A stretch of 63,517 bases of DNA, filler included, from Octopus bimaculoides (lineage: Eukaryota), in the NCBI RefSeq assembly GCF_001194135.2. It is 5 parts of 5 records of this genome, joined end to end, with 100 filler letters (N's around TTAATTAATTAA, not from the genome) between each part and the next. Parts side by side here need not be neighbours in the genome. Positions count along the whole stretch, not along the records: positions 36,139 to 62,160 come from NC_068995.1; positions 62,261 to 63,517 come from NC_069006.1; 3 more parts are not named here. One strand, given 5' to 3'. The position numbers and the translations under genes are program-made. The notes under the pieces are model-generated. The model worked only from the letters and a program-made list of their open reading frames with translations. It did no database searches and had not been told where the DNA came from. This document shows, piece by piece, positions 50,341 to 63,402 of the stretch (its first letter is position 1; each line of letters starts with the position of its first letter).

Positions 50341-51290
50341 GAGAGTGGGAAGAGATAGAGAGCGTACCACTTTCTTGGTCAGACTTCCGGCTTAGTAAAC
50401 CTGAAAATTTGGAATTTGGAAATATTCCAATAAATGTGAGTGCAGATGGAAATAGTCTAACTTGAAGAACATACTGCCATGTAGCACTTAGGCATAAATT
50501 GTCATGGAGCACTTAAGCAAAGGAGATATGATTGAGACCACTTTCAAGTGCTACGAAATATCTGAAGACTAATCACAGGAGATGCTAGAGAAGGGAGTAG
50601 AAAGACAACAAAGTGGAAATAAGCAAACTTGGATTCAATATTTCAGAACATAACACTAATCTAAAAGACTCCTCTCTCTAAAAAAAAAAAACCCTCTATA
50701 TTGAATTATAAGAACAAGTTTGTAGATGTAACGTAGAAGATTTGGCACTACTGTATAAAGTACAGAAAAGCAAAAAAAATTCCTTTTTCCTATAAAAGAT
50801 GTTTTTTAGAAAACTGGAACAAACTGGAGCTAAGAGGTTATAATATACCACAGCAGCCTTAAAAGTTGCACTTGAATTGTGTGGGTTAGTCGAGGTATGA
50901 TGTTTTACAATGGTGAATAGAAGGGAAACCAAACAATAACATAATACAAACTGCTGAAAAGGATATTAAGAGATGACGGAAGAATCTATATGCATACCTA
51001 TAAGCTTTGAAGTTTGTCTGTTTATCTCGAACCAGCACCGCCATTTCTCGTCCCCACGAATAATAGCAGCGTAGGGGATCTGATACAACTGAGAATAATG
51101 CAGGAACAAAAAAAGAAAAAGCACCTTGCATCGTAAACTTCCTTGGGGGGAAACAAGAATTAGTCCAGAAAAGAAATGTAGTAAAAGTGAAAGTTGTATT
51201 ATGGAGGTAGTTGAGTACAAGTGTTAGTGTAAGGTAAAATATCGATGTCAGTTTGTCACGTGAAAATCTGTTTCTGTTTTAGTCGTTCTT

Positions 51291-51334
<44 letters not shown>

Positions 51335-51380
51335 NNNNNNNNNNATCGAGCGATGGTGTTGTTGGTGGCGCAGAACACAG

Positions 51381-51426
<46 letters not shown>

Positions 51427-52029
51427 ACACACACACACTCACATACATACATAGATACATACATAGACACACACACATGCAACGAGTTTCTACACAGATT
51501 CAATCAGTTAAATTTACTCTCAGAATATTGTTGGCCCGGTCTTATATGAGAAAACTTTGGTCAATGAAACCCATGATTTTAAATCGAGCTGCTTCATCAA
51601 ACACCTTGAGCCTGTAATAGAAGCCTGTCATATAATTACATACAAAACGAGATATATAAAACCTTGGTATAATTTAAGACGTCCATTTAAACAAAAATAA
51701 AAATAAACTAAAACTGTTTCAAGATGTTAGCTATTCGGCACACAGGCAACATGGAATTCCTCCGCTGATTAGTTTATAAAATCTGAAGATATGTTTCTGA
51801 GGTATTATACGATAAAGACTGTTAGATTACGCAAATTTCTCACATTTTACAAACTATTTTATGATCTTGACTAGTAAATATATATTGTAATGTTCCACTG
51901 GATCAAGGGTGGAATAGCTTAAACGGTGCGTATGTCTGGTCATAACATCATAGGGGCCTAAAGCAATAACAAAAGGCTCGACTCAGAAAGTAACCTATAA
52001 ATGTGACATGCGTGCATGTATTTGTGTGC

Positions 52030-52107
<78 letters not shown>

Positions 52108-53381
52108 GTGTGTGTGTGTTTCCAAGTCTGCGTATTTGTATGTGTGTGTTTATTTCTTCGTGTGTTCAGAGGTTTCAAATATGGTGGTGAACCAACTGTT
52201 TAGGTGGTTTCAATGAAGGTAGCGAACGGATGCCAGTGTGACCTTAAGCAAGTCGCTTCATTTCTTGTAGCTCCAGTCAANNNNNNNNNNNNNNNNNNNN
52301 NNNNNNNNNNNNNNNNNNNNNNNNNNNNNNNNNNNNNNNNNNNNNNNNNNNNNNNNNNNNNNNNNNNNNNNNNNNNNNNNNNNNNNNNNNNNNNNNNNNN
52401 NNNNNNNNNNNNNNNNNNNNNNNNNNNNNNNNNNNNNNNNNNNNNNNNNNNNNNNNNNNNNNNNNNNNNNNNNNNNNNNNNNNNNNNNNNNNNNNNNNNN
52501 NNNNNNNNNNNNNNNNNNNNNNNNNNNNNNNNNNNNNNNNNNNNNNNNNNNNNNNNNNNNNNNNNNNNNNNNNNNNNNNNNNNNNNNNNNNNNNNNNNNN
52601 NNNNNNNNNNNNNNNNNNNNNNNNNNNNNNNNNNNNNNNNNNNNNNNNNNNNNNNNNNNNNNNNNNNNNNNNNNNNNNNNNNNNNNNNNNNNNNNNNNNN
52701 NNNNNNNNNNNNNNNNNNNNNNNNNNNNNNNNNNNNNNNNNNNNNNNNNNNNNNNNNNNNNNNNNNNNNNNNNNNNNNNNNNNNNNNNNNNNNNNNNNNN
52801 NNNNNNNNNNNNNNNNNNNNNNNNNNNNNNNNNNNNNNNNNNNNNNNNNNNNNNNNNNNNNNNNNNNNNNNNNNNNNNNNNNNNNNNNNNNNNNNNNNNN
52901 NNTATATATATGTATATTTGTTTGTACGTATGTATCTATGTATCCATATATCTACCATGGAAGCATAATATCGCTGGTTTTGTTGCTGTTGTTTTTAATT
53001 ACGTTGATTCTTTATTATGTATATGCTCTACCATAGTTTGAATCGGTGGAGCCAGTGGTATGCTGCTTTCAAAGGTGTTCACCGCTCTGAATGGAAGACA
53101 GTGGTATGCTTCAATTTCCTGGAGACGTGTAGCGAACGTTTTGTTGTAGTGTTAAATGCAACGAACTTTTTCTATTCCACATGGCAGTTTACGTTCTGAC
53201 GGATGATCTGAGAAGAAGCGAAAGCCACGCTCTCTTTCTTCCCAACACCTGTCTCTTTCTTTCTCTGCGTTCTTTGAATGATATATAGATGCCTACATAC
53301 ATACATACATACATGCATACATACATACATAGATGCATGCATACATGCATACATACATATACACACATCGATACATAATTG

Positions 53382-53412
<31 letters not shown>

Positions 53413-53564
53413 GCATACACACATTTGCACAAACACACTTCTCCTTTATCAGTCACACATTCACACATCCTCCGTTTTATATCCATCATTTTTTTTCTTC
53501 TACTTCTTAGAATTCTAGAGGTTGACAAATATAAGGATTCTTTGGTCACTCTTACTTTTTTTGT

Positions 53565-53622
<58 letters not shown>

Positions 53623-54388
53623 NNNNNNNNNNNNNNNNNNNNNNNNNNNNNNNNNNNNNNNNNNNNNNNNNNNNNNNNNNNNNNNNNNNNNNNNNNNNNN
53701 NNNNNNNNNNNNNNNNNNNNNNNNNNNNNNNNNNNNNNNNNNNNNNNNNNNNNNNNNNNNNNNNNNNNNNNNNNNNNNNNNNNNNNNNNNNNNNNNNNNN
53801 NNNNNNNNNNNNNNNNNNNNNNNNNNNNNNNNNNNNNNNNNNNNNNNNNNNNNNNNNNNNNNNNNNNNNNNNNNNNNNNNNNNNNNNNNNNNNNNNNNNN
53901 NNNNNNNNNNNNNNNNNNNNNNNNNNNNNNNNNNNNNNNNNNNNNNNNNNNNNNNNNNNNNNNNNNNNNNNNNNNNNNNNNNNNNNNNNNNNNNNNNNNN
54001 NNNNNNNNNNNNNNNNNNNNNNNNNNNNNNNNNNNNNNNNNNNNNNNNNNNNNNNNNNNNNNNNNNNNNNNNNNNNNNNNNNNNNNNNNNNNNNNNNNNN
54101 NNNNNNNNNNNNNNNNNNNNNNNNNNNNNNNNNNNNNNNNNNNNNNNNNNNNNNNNNNNNNNNNNNNNNNNNNNNNNNNNNNNNNNNNNNNNNNNNNNNN
54201 NNNNNNNNNNNNNNNNNNNNNNNNNNNNNNNNNNNNNNNNNNNNNNNNNNNNNNNNNNNNNNNNNNNNNNNNNNNNNNNNNNNNNNNNNNNNNNNNNNNN
54301 NNNNNNNNNNNNNNNNNNNNNNNNNNNNNNNNNNNNNNNNNNNNNNNNNNNNNNNNNNNNNNNNNNNNNNNNNNNNNNNNNNNNNNNN

Positions 54389-54475
<87 letters not shown>

Positions 54476-54500
54476 ATGAATATATACACACATACATATA

Positions 54501-55018
54501 CAGGCTGCGTTGGTAAATTGTCATCATTATATGCTTTAAAGTTCGTGAATGCACATTGTTTGTTTCTGATTTTGGCGACTACACAGTATGGTAGGGTCAG
54601 TTGGGAATTCTCCGTGAGGAAACAGCACCATGATGCGATGCACTCTGCGAGAAATTTAGAAATGATATGCTCTACGGCTTAGCATTCGTGCCGGAAGCTG
54701 CAATACGAGCATTTCAGAGTGTTGGGTGTCAATCTGAGTCACCAAAACATGTACCAAGACTGATAAAAATCAAACATGCAGTCAACAATTGTGTTTGGAG
54801 TGATCACTAGTAATGGTGGGGCTATGCCTCCATTCATCTTCCCACGAGGCCTCAAAATCAACACAGAGGCCTAAATCAAGTGCCTGGAAGAATTACTGCT
54901 GCCCTGGGTCCAGAGGGTGGCTGGTGGACCACCTTATGTACGACAACACGACTCTGCATCAAGCACACAAGCAGGAGAACCGAATCATGGCTGTCAGACA
55001 ATTTCTGCGACTACATAT
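54501..55018 (+). mobile_element. Tc1/mariner transposon remnant, internally deleted
   Basis: Starts TA|CAGGCTGCG. N-terminal remnant IRAGSCNTSISEC is joined to VFGVITSNGGAMPPFIFPRGLKINTEA*IKCLEELLLPWVQRVAGGPPYVRQHDSA (second catalytic Asp region). Confidence 0.8.
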
Positions 55019-55078
55019 GTATGTGTATATATATATACGTATGAGTGTGTGTATGTGTGTGTATGTGTGTGTGTGTGT

Positions 55079-55119
<41 letters not shown>

Positions 55120-55131
55120 ATATATATATAT

Positions 55132-55275
55132 ACACGAAGGGTTTCCGTGGAGTTTCCGTAGTTGTTCATTTACAAAGCATTTATCGGCCTAAGATACTGT
55201 GCGGTGGCGCAGTGGGACTGAAGACGAAACCATGCGACTGGAAAACGAGTTACTCTTAACAACTACCCATGCTTG
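55132..55275 (-). mobile_element. degraded SINE family A head
   Basis: CGAAGGGTTT...GTTTCCGT...GCAGTGGGACTGAA...ACCATG. Confidence 0.6.
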
Positions 55276-55948
55276 CACCAAACCATACCGTACCTAAATA
55301 TTCCTCCATGCTTCCATCCATAATATCCAAGTTATTTCGAGAAACCACCGGATGATTAATTTTATTTCTTCTACCATATTTACAACTTTTACATAAGTAT
55401 TCGACTCTTAAATTTACCTATCCCTTTACAAGACATTCATTGCGACATTGAAGCCGTAATTGTTGGACAAAAATAAAACTGCAGCCGTTTGACTTAAATC
55501 AACAAATGTTCAAAATTAACAATTGATTTAAATTTACAGTAATCCTTCACTCGGTTCCAGATTTATCATGTGCAATATTACCGCTGTTCATTATTTCCCT
55601 TACTTATTGGTAACAACTTGTTGACTGCATTTGCGATTCTGTGGTTTAGTTTGGAGCAGTTACAATATGTTGTATTGAACTGTGCTATGTATAAAGATCT
55701 ATCTATTTATTTATCTATCTATAACGTGCGTCTTTCAATTTCCATGCGCATATATATATATTTATATGCATATATATGCATGTATGTGTTTATGCAGAGC
55801 CATACCCTCACACAGACACACACACACACGTGTATATATATATGTATATATATATATATACGCGCACCCATGCGTAGATACATACGCACCAAGCACTTTA
55901 CGTGAATGTAAATTCAGTTAAAATGCTTCCAACCTGAAATCCTGCATT

Positions 55949-55993
<45 letters not shown>

Positions 55994-56195
55994 ACACACA
56001 AACACACTCACACACGCACACTCACACATACACACACACTCACACACACACACACACGCACACACGCACACACAGAACACATTCATACACGCACAAACAT
56101 ATTCCCTCTCTCTCTGTCTCTCTGTCTCTCTTATACACACATACACACGTGTGCATTTTAACTCAAACAGGCCTACAACACACAACCAAGCTAAT

Positions 56196-56230
<35 letters not shown>
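55949..56230 (+). repeat. (CA)n-rich compound microsatellite
   Basis: Direct reading. Confidence 0.9.
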
Positions 56231-56489
56231 GCCACAGCACTTGTACACACTGACAGACAAACCATACAGGGACACAAATACATCGTTGGAATCCAACACG
56301 CACTCTCTTTTATAAGTTGAGATATGGTGGAGGTTAAATAAAAATGAAGAAGCAAACAAATCTGCCTGTCCTGCAGTCATGAGAAATCATGCTTACGTCA
56401 ATCAGCTGCTTGCATAGCATGCTGGGAACACTTGCCAAATTTAGGCATAGGCTTCCACATTTTCATAAACGCCAGTGTCCATATGAAAG

Positions 56490-56911
56490 AGTGGGAGGAG
56501 AGGAGAAGAGGGGAGGAGAGAGAAGAGGAGAGAGGTAAGGTGAGATGAAGAGAGAAAAGGGAGAGGAGAGATGGAGAGAGAGGTGAAGGAGAAGATAAGA
56601 ATAAGAAAGGAGCAAGAGAAGATGTGTAGAGAGAGGAGAGAAGAGAAGGAGAGAAGGGATTGCAATAATGGTGAGAGAAAGGGAGAAAGAGAGAGTGAGA
56701 GAGAGGGGGGAAAGAGAGAGAAAGAAAGATAGAGCGAAAGAGAGAAGGATTAAGATTAAGACAGATTTTGAACAGAAAGACAGAGAGATAGAAAATAAGA
56801 GAGATACAGACAGAGGTGAAACAGAGAAGGAGAGAGTGACTGAATGAGACAGTGTATGAGAGATTGATGAGGTAGATATATACACAGAGGAAGAGACAGA
56901 AAGAGCGAGCG

Positions 56912-56950
<39 letters not shown>

Positions 56951-56955
56951 GGCAG
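56490..56955 (+). repeat. polypurine (GA-rich) low-complexity tract
   Basis: Strongly A/G-biased, ending in (GA)n. Confidence 0.9.
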
Positions 56956-57111
56956 AAAAGAGACAGTAAGGTCAAATTGCACCTACAATAACTTCAGATC
57001 CAGAGTCAATGAGGATACCTCTAAGTCGTGACGAAATGTGCAAGAAATCAAAGACAAGCTTTCTTAAAATGCTCTTAATAAGAATGGAATGGTAGGAAGG
57101 GTATTCTAGAT

Positions 57112-57423
57112 CAGTGCTACTCAAAATGGTGGTCGCGGAACGGTGCCGGTCCGCAAGCCATCAGCAGCCGGTATGCAACGAGTTTTCAGAAAAGAAAAAA
57201 ACGTAATAAATTGCTTATAAAATTCTTGTGTAATATTGTATTATTTGTTTACCAAATAAATATAAGATTAAAAAATCTTGTCAACTTTTATTATATTCAC
57301 TATATATATATATATATATATTGTTTCCTGTATAATTTAATATTACAAGGAAATATTACCGGTCCCTGGCACATTGAAAAAAAAACTGCCGGTACGCCAC
57401 ATCAGATGGTTTGAGAAGCACTG
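57112..57423. mobile_element. hAT/Charlie-type MITE
   Basis: TIRs CAGTGCTACTCAAA / TTTGAGAAGCACTG. Flanking octamers TTCTAGAT and CGCTAGAG share the CTAGA core typical of Charlie targets. Confidence 0.8.
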
Positions 57424-57629
57424 CGCTAGAGGACACTAATCCTGAAATTAATTGAATTGGATTGCTCATGTTCTGTCCCTGCAGGACGAGGGCCACAGTA
57501 TGTTTTATCCAACAACTGCTGTCTGATGTCTAGGCCGTGAAAAGAGAGGAAGTTGACTTTGCTGAAGTTGAACTCAGAACCTAATGGCCCAGAAAAAAAT
57601 GCTAACTAATGTGTCAGCTTTCAGCCTTT

Positions 57630-57775
57630 TCTTTCTACTCTAGGCACAAGGCCCGAAATTTTTGGGGCACTGGCTAGTTAATTACACCGACCTTAGTGCT
57701 AAACTCGTACTTATCTCATCGACCTCGAAAGGATGAAAGGCGAAGCTGATGGACCGGTGTCCCGTCCAGAGAGGA

Positions 57776-57780
<5 letters not shown>
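57630..57780. mobile_element. SINE family B fragment fused to a V-like fragment
   Basis: CTAGGCACAAGGCCCGAAATTT...GAAAGGATGAAAGGCGAAG, then GATGGACCGGTGTCCCGTCCAG. Confidence 0.6.
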
Positions 57781-57810
<30 letters not shown>

Positions 57811-59853
57811 GGCTTCGTCAAAAGTCACCCGAGAGTAAATCAAAAGTCCATAAATACAACCTGTAATTCTGTATTGACTCGAATGGGAAAATGTGTCGCT
57901 CAAGAAGGACTTCAGTTTGAACAATTTTCATGATGTTTCATATTTAGATGCTTTTATTAAATTCCTTCAGTTGTTAAATATAAATAAACCTTGGAATTAC
58001 ATGGTTTTGATTTACTGTCAGGTGACTTTTGGTCAACCCNNNNNNNNNNNNNNNNNNNNNNNNNNNNNNNNNNNNNNNNNNNNNNNNNNNNNNNNNNNNN
58101 NNNNNNNNNNNNNNNNNNNNNNNNNNNNNNNNNNNNNNNNNNNNNNNNNNNNNNNNNNNNNNNNNNNNNNNNNNNNNNNNNNNNNNNNNNNNNNNNNNNN
58201 NNNNNNNNNNNNNNNNNNNNNNNNNNNNNNNNNNNNNNNNNNNNNNNNNNNNNNNNNNNNNNNNNNNNNNNNNNNNNNNNNNNNNNNNNNNNNNNNNNNN
58301 NNNNNNNNNNNNNNNNNNNNNNNNNNNNNNNNNNNNNNNNNNNNNNNNNNNNNNNNNNNNNNNNNNNNNNNNNNNNNNNNNNNNNNNNNNNNNNNNNNNN
58401 NNNNNNNNNNNNNNNNNNNNNNNNNNNNNNNNNNNNNNNNNNNNNNNNNNNNNNNNNNNNNNNNNNNNNNNNNNNNNNNNNNNNNNNNNNNNNNNNNNNN
58501 NNNNNNNNNNNNNNNNNNNNNNNNNNNNNNNNNNNNNNNNNNNNNNNNNNNNNNNNNNNNNNNNNNNNNNNNNNNNNNNNNNNNNNNNNNNNNNNNNNNN
58601 NNNNNNNNNNNNNNNNNNNNNNNNNNNNNNNNNNNNNNNNNNNNNNNNNNNNATATAAACGTCAGAGAATCCGTGGAGTTTGCCTCATGAACCGATAGTT
58701 CGGGAAAAACATTGATCCTTTTGAGATATTCATACGCGATCGACCCTTTCTTCTTATTGGTTTTGTCCGTAAGGTGTGTTTTGCAAAATAGGTTTCACAT
58801 CAAAATTATTACAACATTACCATGTTTCTCGAAAGAGGAACACAATGTAATACTTTATGCTACATACACACATTACACTTCACAAACAAGATACCGCATT
58901 ACGAAACATCACAAGAGAACCTGTCAGCACTTTATAGCTGAGTATTCGGGTGATTGCATAATTTAACAGAAATAGCAACCGAATCTCCCTCAAATCATGC
59001 AATAGCATTTTCTAAAAGCAAAACAAAAAAGAATCAGACTCTGCGTAACGCAGTTCTTCCTTCCTTTCTTCCTTCCACCATCAGATGGTCTAGCGACCTC
59101 CTGCTGAGTTCTTTGACAAGTGCGATGCACTTGTTAAGGAATTTTCACCGAGGAATACAAAAGTAGTTTCCTGTTGTGTTCCTCTGGGTGATTTTGTTTT
59201 TGTTTTTCTTTTTACAAGACATCAACTTGATGGGTTTTGCGCGAATTTGTTAAAGAATGAAAGAAAGTCGGGGAAAAAAAGAGAGAGAAAAAAAAAGGAA
59301 GGAAGAAGGAAACAATGAAAGTAAATCAAAGAAAGGATGGAGGAAAGAGAAAGAAAGGAAGAAAGAAGAGAAGGACGATGGGAAAGAAAGAAAAGATGGA
59401 AGGCAACAAAGAAAGAATGAAAAAAATTGACGGAAAGAAAGAACAAAGAAAGAATAAAGGGAGGAAGAGAACGGGAGAAAGAAAATGAGAAAGAGTGAGA
59501 AAAAAGAAAGAAAAGAAATGAGAAAGAATGAATGAAAGAAAGGAAGAAAAGAAAAGAAGAGAGAAAAAAGAAAGGCGATACCTCTTGCGTAATTTGAACT
59601 GGAAGCGAAAAAAACTTAAAAGGATTTCCCTTCCTTCCTTCCTTCCTTCCTTCCTTCCTTCCTTCTTCACAGATTCTCTCTATCTCCCTCTCTTCCTCTC
59701 TCTTCCTCCCTCAACATTCTCTTGGAATAAGGTACGTTACTTTATAAGAAGATGTGTTATAAGGAGCTCCCTCTCTCCAGACGTGAAGAAAGGCCGAACG
59801 AGGAACTAAAGAGCCGCTTCTCGTAGACAAAAAAACCCTGTCTCCAGTAGAAT

Positions 59854-60200
59854 TTTCTTCGGGCTGAGTAACCCATCCTGAATAAGAGTTGTTTAAAGAT
59901 GTTGAACGAAAATACTCATATTTCCAAAGGAGAATTATCCAAACCCCCAAAGAATTCCTCTCAGCAAATGGCTATGATGCTCCCGCACTACTTCTGCTCG
60001 AGATCCGAGATGCACATATTGTCAGTCACTAAGAGACGTGCTCAACTGGTTAAGGTAAATAAAACTGACAAGCAAATCTGTGGTACTGAGCAGAATATTT
60101 GCTGTAGCCCCATCTTTTATACCAAGACAGCATCTTTTATGCCATGATAACACTTCCAATCAGTTGAAAATCAGAAGCCATGAGAGCCCCGGCCTGGTTG
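59854..60200. mobile_element. interspersed repeat family D, longer copy
   Basis: Homologous to 20380-20660 and overlapping 22063-22250. Confidence 0.8.
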
Positions 60201-60203
60201 TTA

Positions 60204-60239
<36 letters not shown>

Positions 60240-60243
<4 letters not shown>

Positions 60244-60430
60244 GATATTGCGCTAGGAGAGTCTTTAGTACTCCGGGAAAATTGCTTAGCGGCATTTCGT
60301 CCGTATTTACGCTTTAATTTTAAATTCTGTCGGGTTCTACTTTGCCCTCTATCCTTTCAGGGTCGATAAATAAAGTATCCGCTGAGTCCTGGGATTGATG
60401 TAATTGACTAGTCTCCTTCCCCAACATTTC
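60240..60430 (+). mobile_element. degraded SINE family B
   Basis: TGCTTAGCGGCATTTCGTCCG...ATCCTTTCAGGGTCGATAAA. Confidence 0.65.
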
Positions 60431-60676
60431 AGGACTCATCATCATCATTATTAATATACGATTTAATATACGAGTCTTCGCTACTGTTTCTGCCTGGTCA
60501 AGTAACTACGTAGAGGCTCCGTTCTTGTCTCTTGTTAGTAATATATTTATTGCATTTAAGACATTTTATAGGCAAATAAATTCCTACCTATGAATTCATT
60601 CTTTCTTCATAATCTTAAGAATTCTCTGTGTATCTGTCGCTTTCTTAAACTCTCTCTCTCTCTCTCACTCTCTCTC

Positions 60677-60747
<71 letters not shown>

Positions 60748-60991
60748 GCAATTGATAATGTATTGGACTTTGTGCTGCTGTTACAATTTCATCGTTCATA
60801 TCACAATAACCTTGCAATAATTGGTAACATCATGGCCGTATCGTTCAAGAATTTGGCTTCGACAATCACATGATGTTTGATCCAACTGTGCGGAAATCTT
60901 GCTCGAGCATCTTGTAGCATAAACGTGAGATTGGATTGTAAATTAAAATAATTGGTAGACTGAAAATGTATGGAAGAACCTGTCACACAGA

Positions 60992-61024
<33 letters not shown>

Positions 61025-61035
61025 ACACTCACACA

Positions 61036-61073
<38 letters not shown>

Positions 61074-61282
61074 TGTGTGTATGTGTGTGTGCGTGTGTGT
61101 GCATGTTATTGTACAAGTGTGTGTGTTTATTGACAGCATCCATGTAACTGAAGAGGGATAGCGATTCGGTCTCTTTGCAAGGAACCCAAAGTTATGAAGA
61201 GGTGTGTTAATTTGCATATAAAAATAATCACACACACATACACATATATATATACATGTGTGTGTGTGCGTATGTATATGTA

Positions 61283-61294
61283 TATATATATATG

Positions 61295-61380
<86 letters not shown>

Positions 61381-61401
61381 GATAGATAGATGGATAGATA
61401 C

Positions 61402-61478
<77 letters not shown>
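61283..61478 (+). repeat. (TA)n then (GATA)n
   Basis: Direct reading. Confidence 0.95.
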
Positions 61479-61830
61479 ATAAAATTATAATTAATGGCAA
61501 AGAAACCTTTGTACCTATATGCCAGATAAAAGACGCCAAATATGTCCAACCACTACAAGATTCACTTCAATATACACAGGTTGAAATCGGGAAAAGTTGA
61601 CAAACGGAAAATTCACACAATAATTCGGATAATCCTAGATTGATCAATTTCTGGATAAGTATAATAACTCTTCCTTCCTAATAACTCTTCCAAGAATATA
61701 CCGAGCTTAATAAATGAAAATATGTTTGCATACCCATATAAATGTACTCGCATAAATGCGAGTACAGATAAATATCAACAAACATATACGAATCGTGATG
61801 TTTCTGCAGCTTTAATAATAAAGCTTATTA

Positions 61831-62062
61831 AGGCGGTGAGCTGGCAGAAACGTTTACACGCCTGGCAAAATGCTTCGCGGTATTTCGTCTGCCGTTACGT
61901 TCTGAGATCAAATTCTGCCAAGGTTGACTTTTCCTTTCCTCGTTGCGGGGTCGATTAAATAAGTACCAGTTATGCACTGGAGTCGATGTAACCGTCTTAA
62001 TCCCTTTGTCTGCCCTTGTCTGTCCCCTCTATGTTTATCCTCCTGTGGGCAATAAAGAAATA
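61831..62062 (+). mobile_element. SINE family B, best-preserved copy
   Basis: AGGCGGTGAGCTGGCAGAAACG head...GGGGTCGATTAAATAAGTACCAGTT centre (resembles my recollection of the Meta-type domain)...CAATAAAGAAATA tail. Confidence 0.85.
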
Positions 62063-62160
62063 TATAATACAGCATTTTACTCTATCTCCAGTATTCGAGT
62101 ACAATTTTTCTCACCTTGTTTCACATTTATATGCTTACTCTGCTATATATATATATATAT

Positions 62161-62260
62161 NNNNNNNNNNNNNNNNNNNNNNNNNNNNNNNNNNNNNNNN
62201 NNNNTTAATTAATTAANNNNNNNNNNNNNNNNNNNNNNNNNNNNNNNNNNNNNNNNNNNN
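62161..62260. other. artificial scaffold spacer (44N + TTAATTAATTAA + 44N)
   Basis: Linker at 62205-62216. Confidence 0.97.
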
Positions 62261-62701
62261 TGTAAAATGCTTTTTTCTTAAACATGAGATATAGTTTCAA
62301 ATAGAAGATGTTTTTGAAAGACACTATATTTTATAATGAGATTATATATACTTTCTCACACAACAATTAAAATATATTTATTTTAAATCATTTATTTAAC
62401 TTTAAATCGTTCATCTTTCTCCCCCCCCTCTCACTCTCACACACATGCACACACACACACACACACTACTTTGGGAGCGAAAGAGTTTTGTTTATATTTC
62501 ACGCCGAAGAAAACAATTTTATTGACAACCCATTTATTTAACAACAATGAAACAAAGAGGTATGTAACAATTTGTCAGTGAATTACACAATATAAATATG
62601 TAGAATTTCCGAGGCTTCCACCACATCCCAACCCGTTTTTCGGACCACAAAAAGGGTTTGGTAATTTTTCAGATTAACATCTGCACAATTTCCACTAAGG
62701 T

Positions 62702-62870
62702 GTTAGAGTTAGGGTTTTAGGGTCAGGGTTAGGGTTTTAGGGTTAGGATTAGAGTTAGGGTTAGGGTTAGGGTTAGGGTTAGTGTTAGGGTTAGGGTTGG
62801 TGTTAGGGTTACGGTTTTAGGGTCAGGGTTAGGGTATTAGGGTTAGGGTTTAGGGTTAGGATTAGAGTTA
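62702..62870 (+). repeat. interstitial telomere-type (TTAGGG)n tract with variants
   Basis: About 28 units including TCAGGG, TTAGAG, TTTTAGGG and TTAGTG variants. Confidence 0.9.
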
Positions 62871-63184
62871 ACCTAGAAGGGGCAGGCCCCTTATTTTTTG
62901 GTTCAGGCTGTTGGTAAGTTTTCCTAAGTTACTCCAATCCACATCCCCAATGCAAACCTTCAGATCAACCTTTTCCTATGCAGATTGCTAATGCAACTTT
63001 AAAAAAAACAGTCAATGAGTGGAAATGACCAATAAACTGATTCCCTATGAAATTTCTCAATCAAATTGCCAGCAAACCATTTTCAGCCAAACCAATTTCA
63101 ACGGATTTCGGTCAAATCTGATGTCGATGTTACTTATTTTGGAATGAAATAAAGCACTTGATCACTTAATAATCCTAGCTTAAT

Positions 63185-63212
63185 CCCGGGCAGCGCCAGG
63201 CTATATTGCTAG
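63185..63212 (+). mobile_element. Helitron-type 3' terminus
   Basis: GC-rich hairpin CCCGGGCAGCGCCAGG, 8 nt, then CTAG followed by T. This is the canonical Helitron end arrangement. The 5' end was not located. Confidence 0.65.
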
Positions 63213-63371
63213 TATTATATATATATATGTATGTATACACATTTGTGTGTGCGTGCGTGTGTGTGTGTGTGTGTGTGTGCGTATGTATATATATATGTGT
63301 ATATATGTATATGTGTATATATGTATATGTGTATATATATATATATGCATATGTATATATATATGTATATG

Positions 63372-63402
<31 letters not shown>

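Noticed and set aside
50400-50660. Possible decayed RTE RT C-terminus (MLEKGVERQQSGNKQTW)
   Set aside because: Similarity too weak to call by eye.
5325-58698. Long ORFs (200-460 aa) in the ORF track
   Set aside because: They are read-throughs of N gaps (X runs) and dinucleotide repeats (YIYI, CVCV, HTHT, SLSL).
62702-62870. True telomere
   Set aside because: Short, degenerate and flanked by non-telomeric sequence on both sides.
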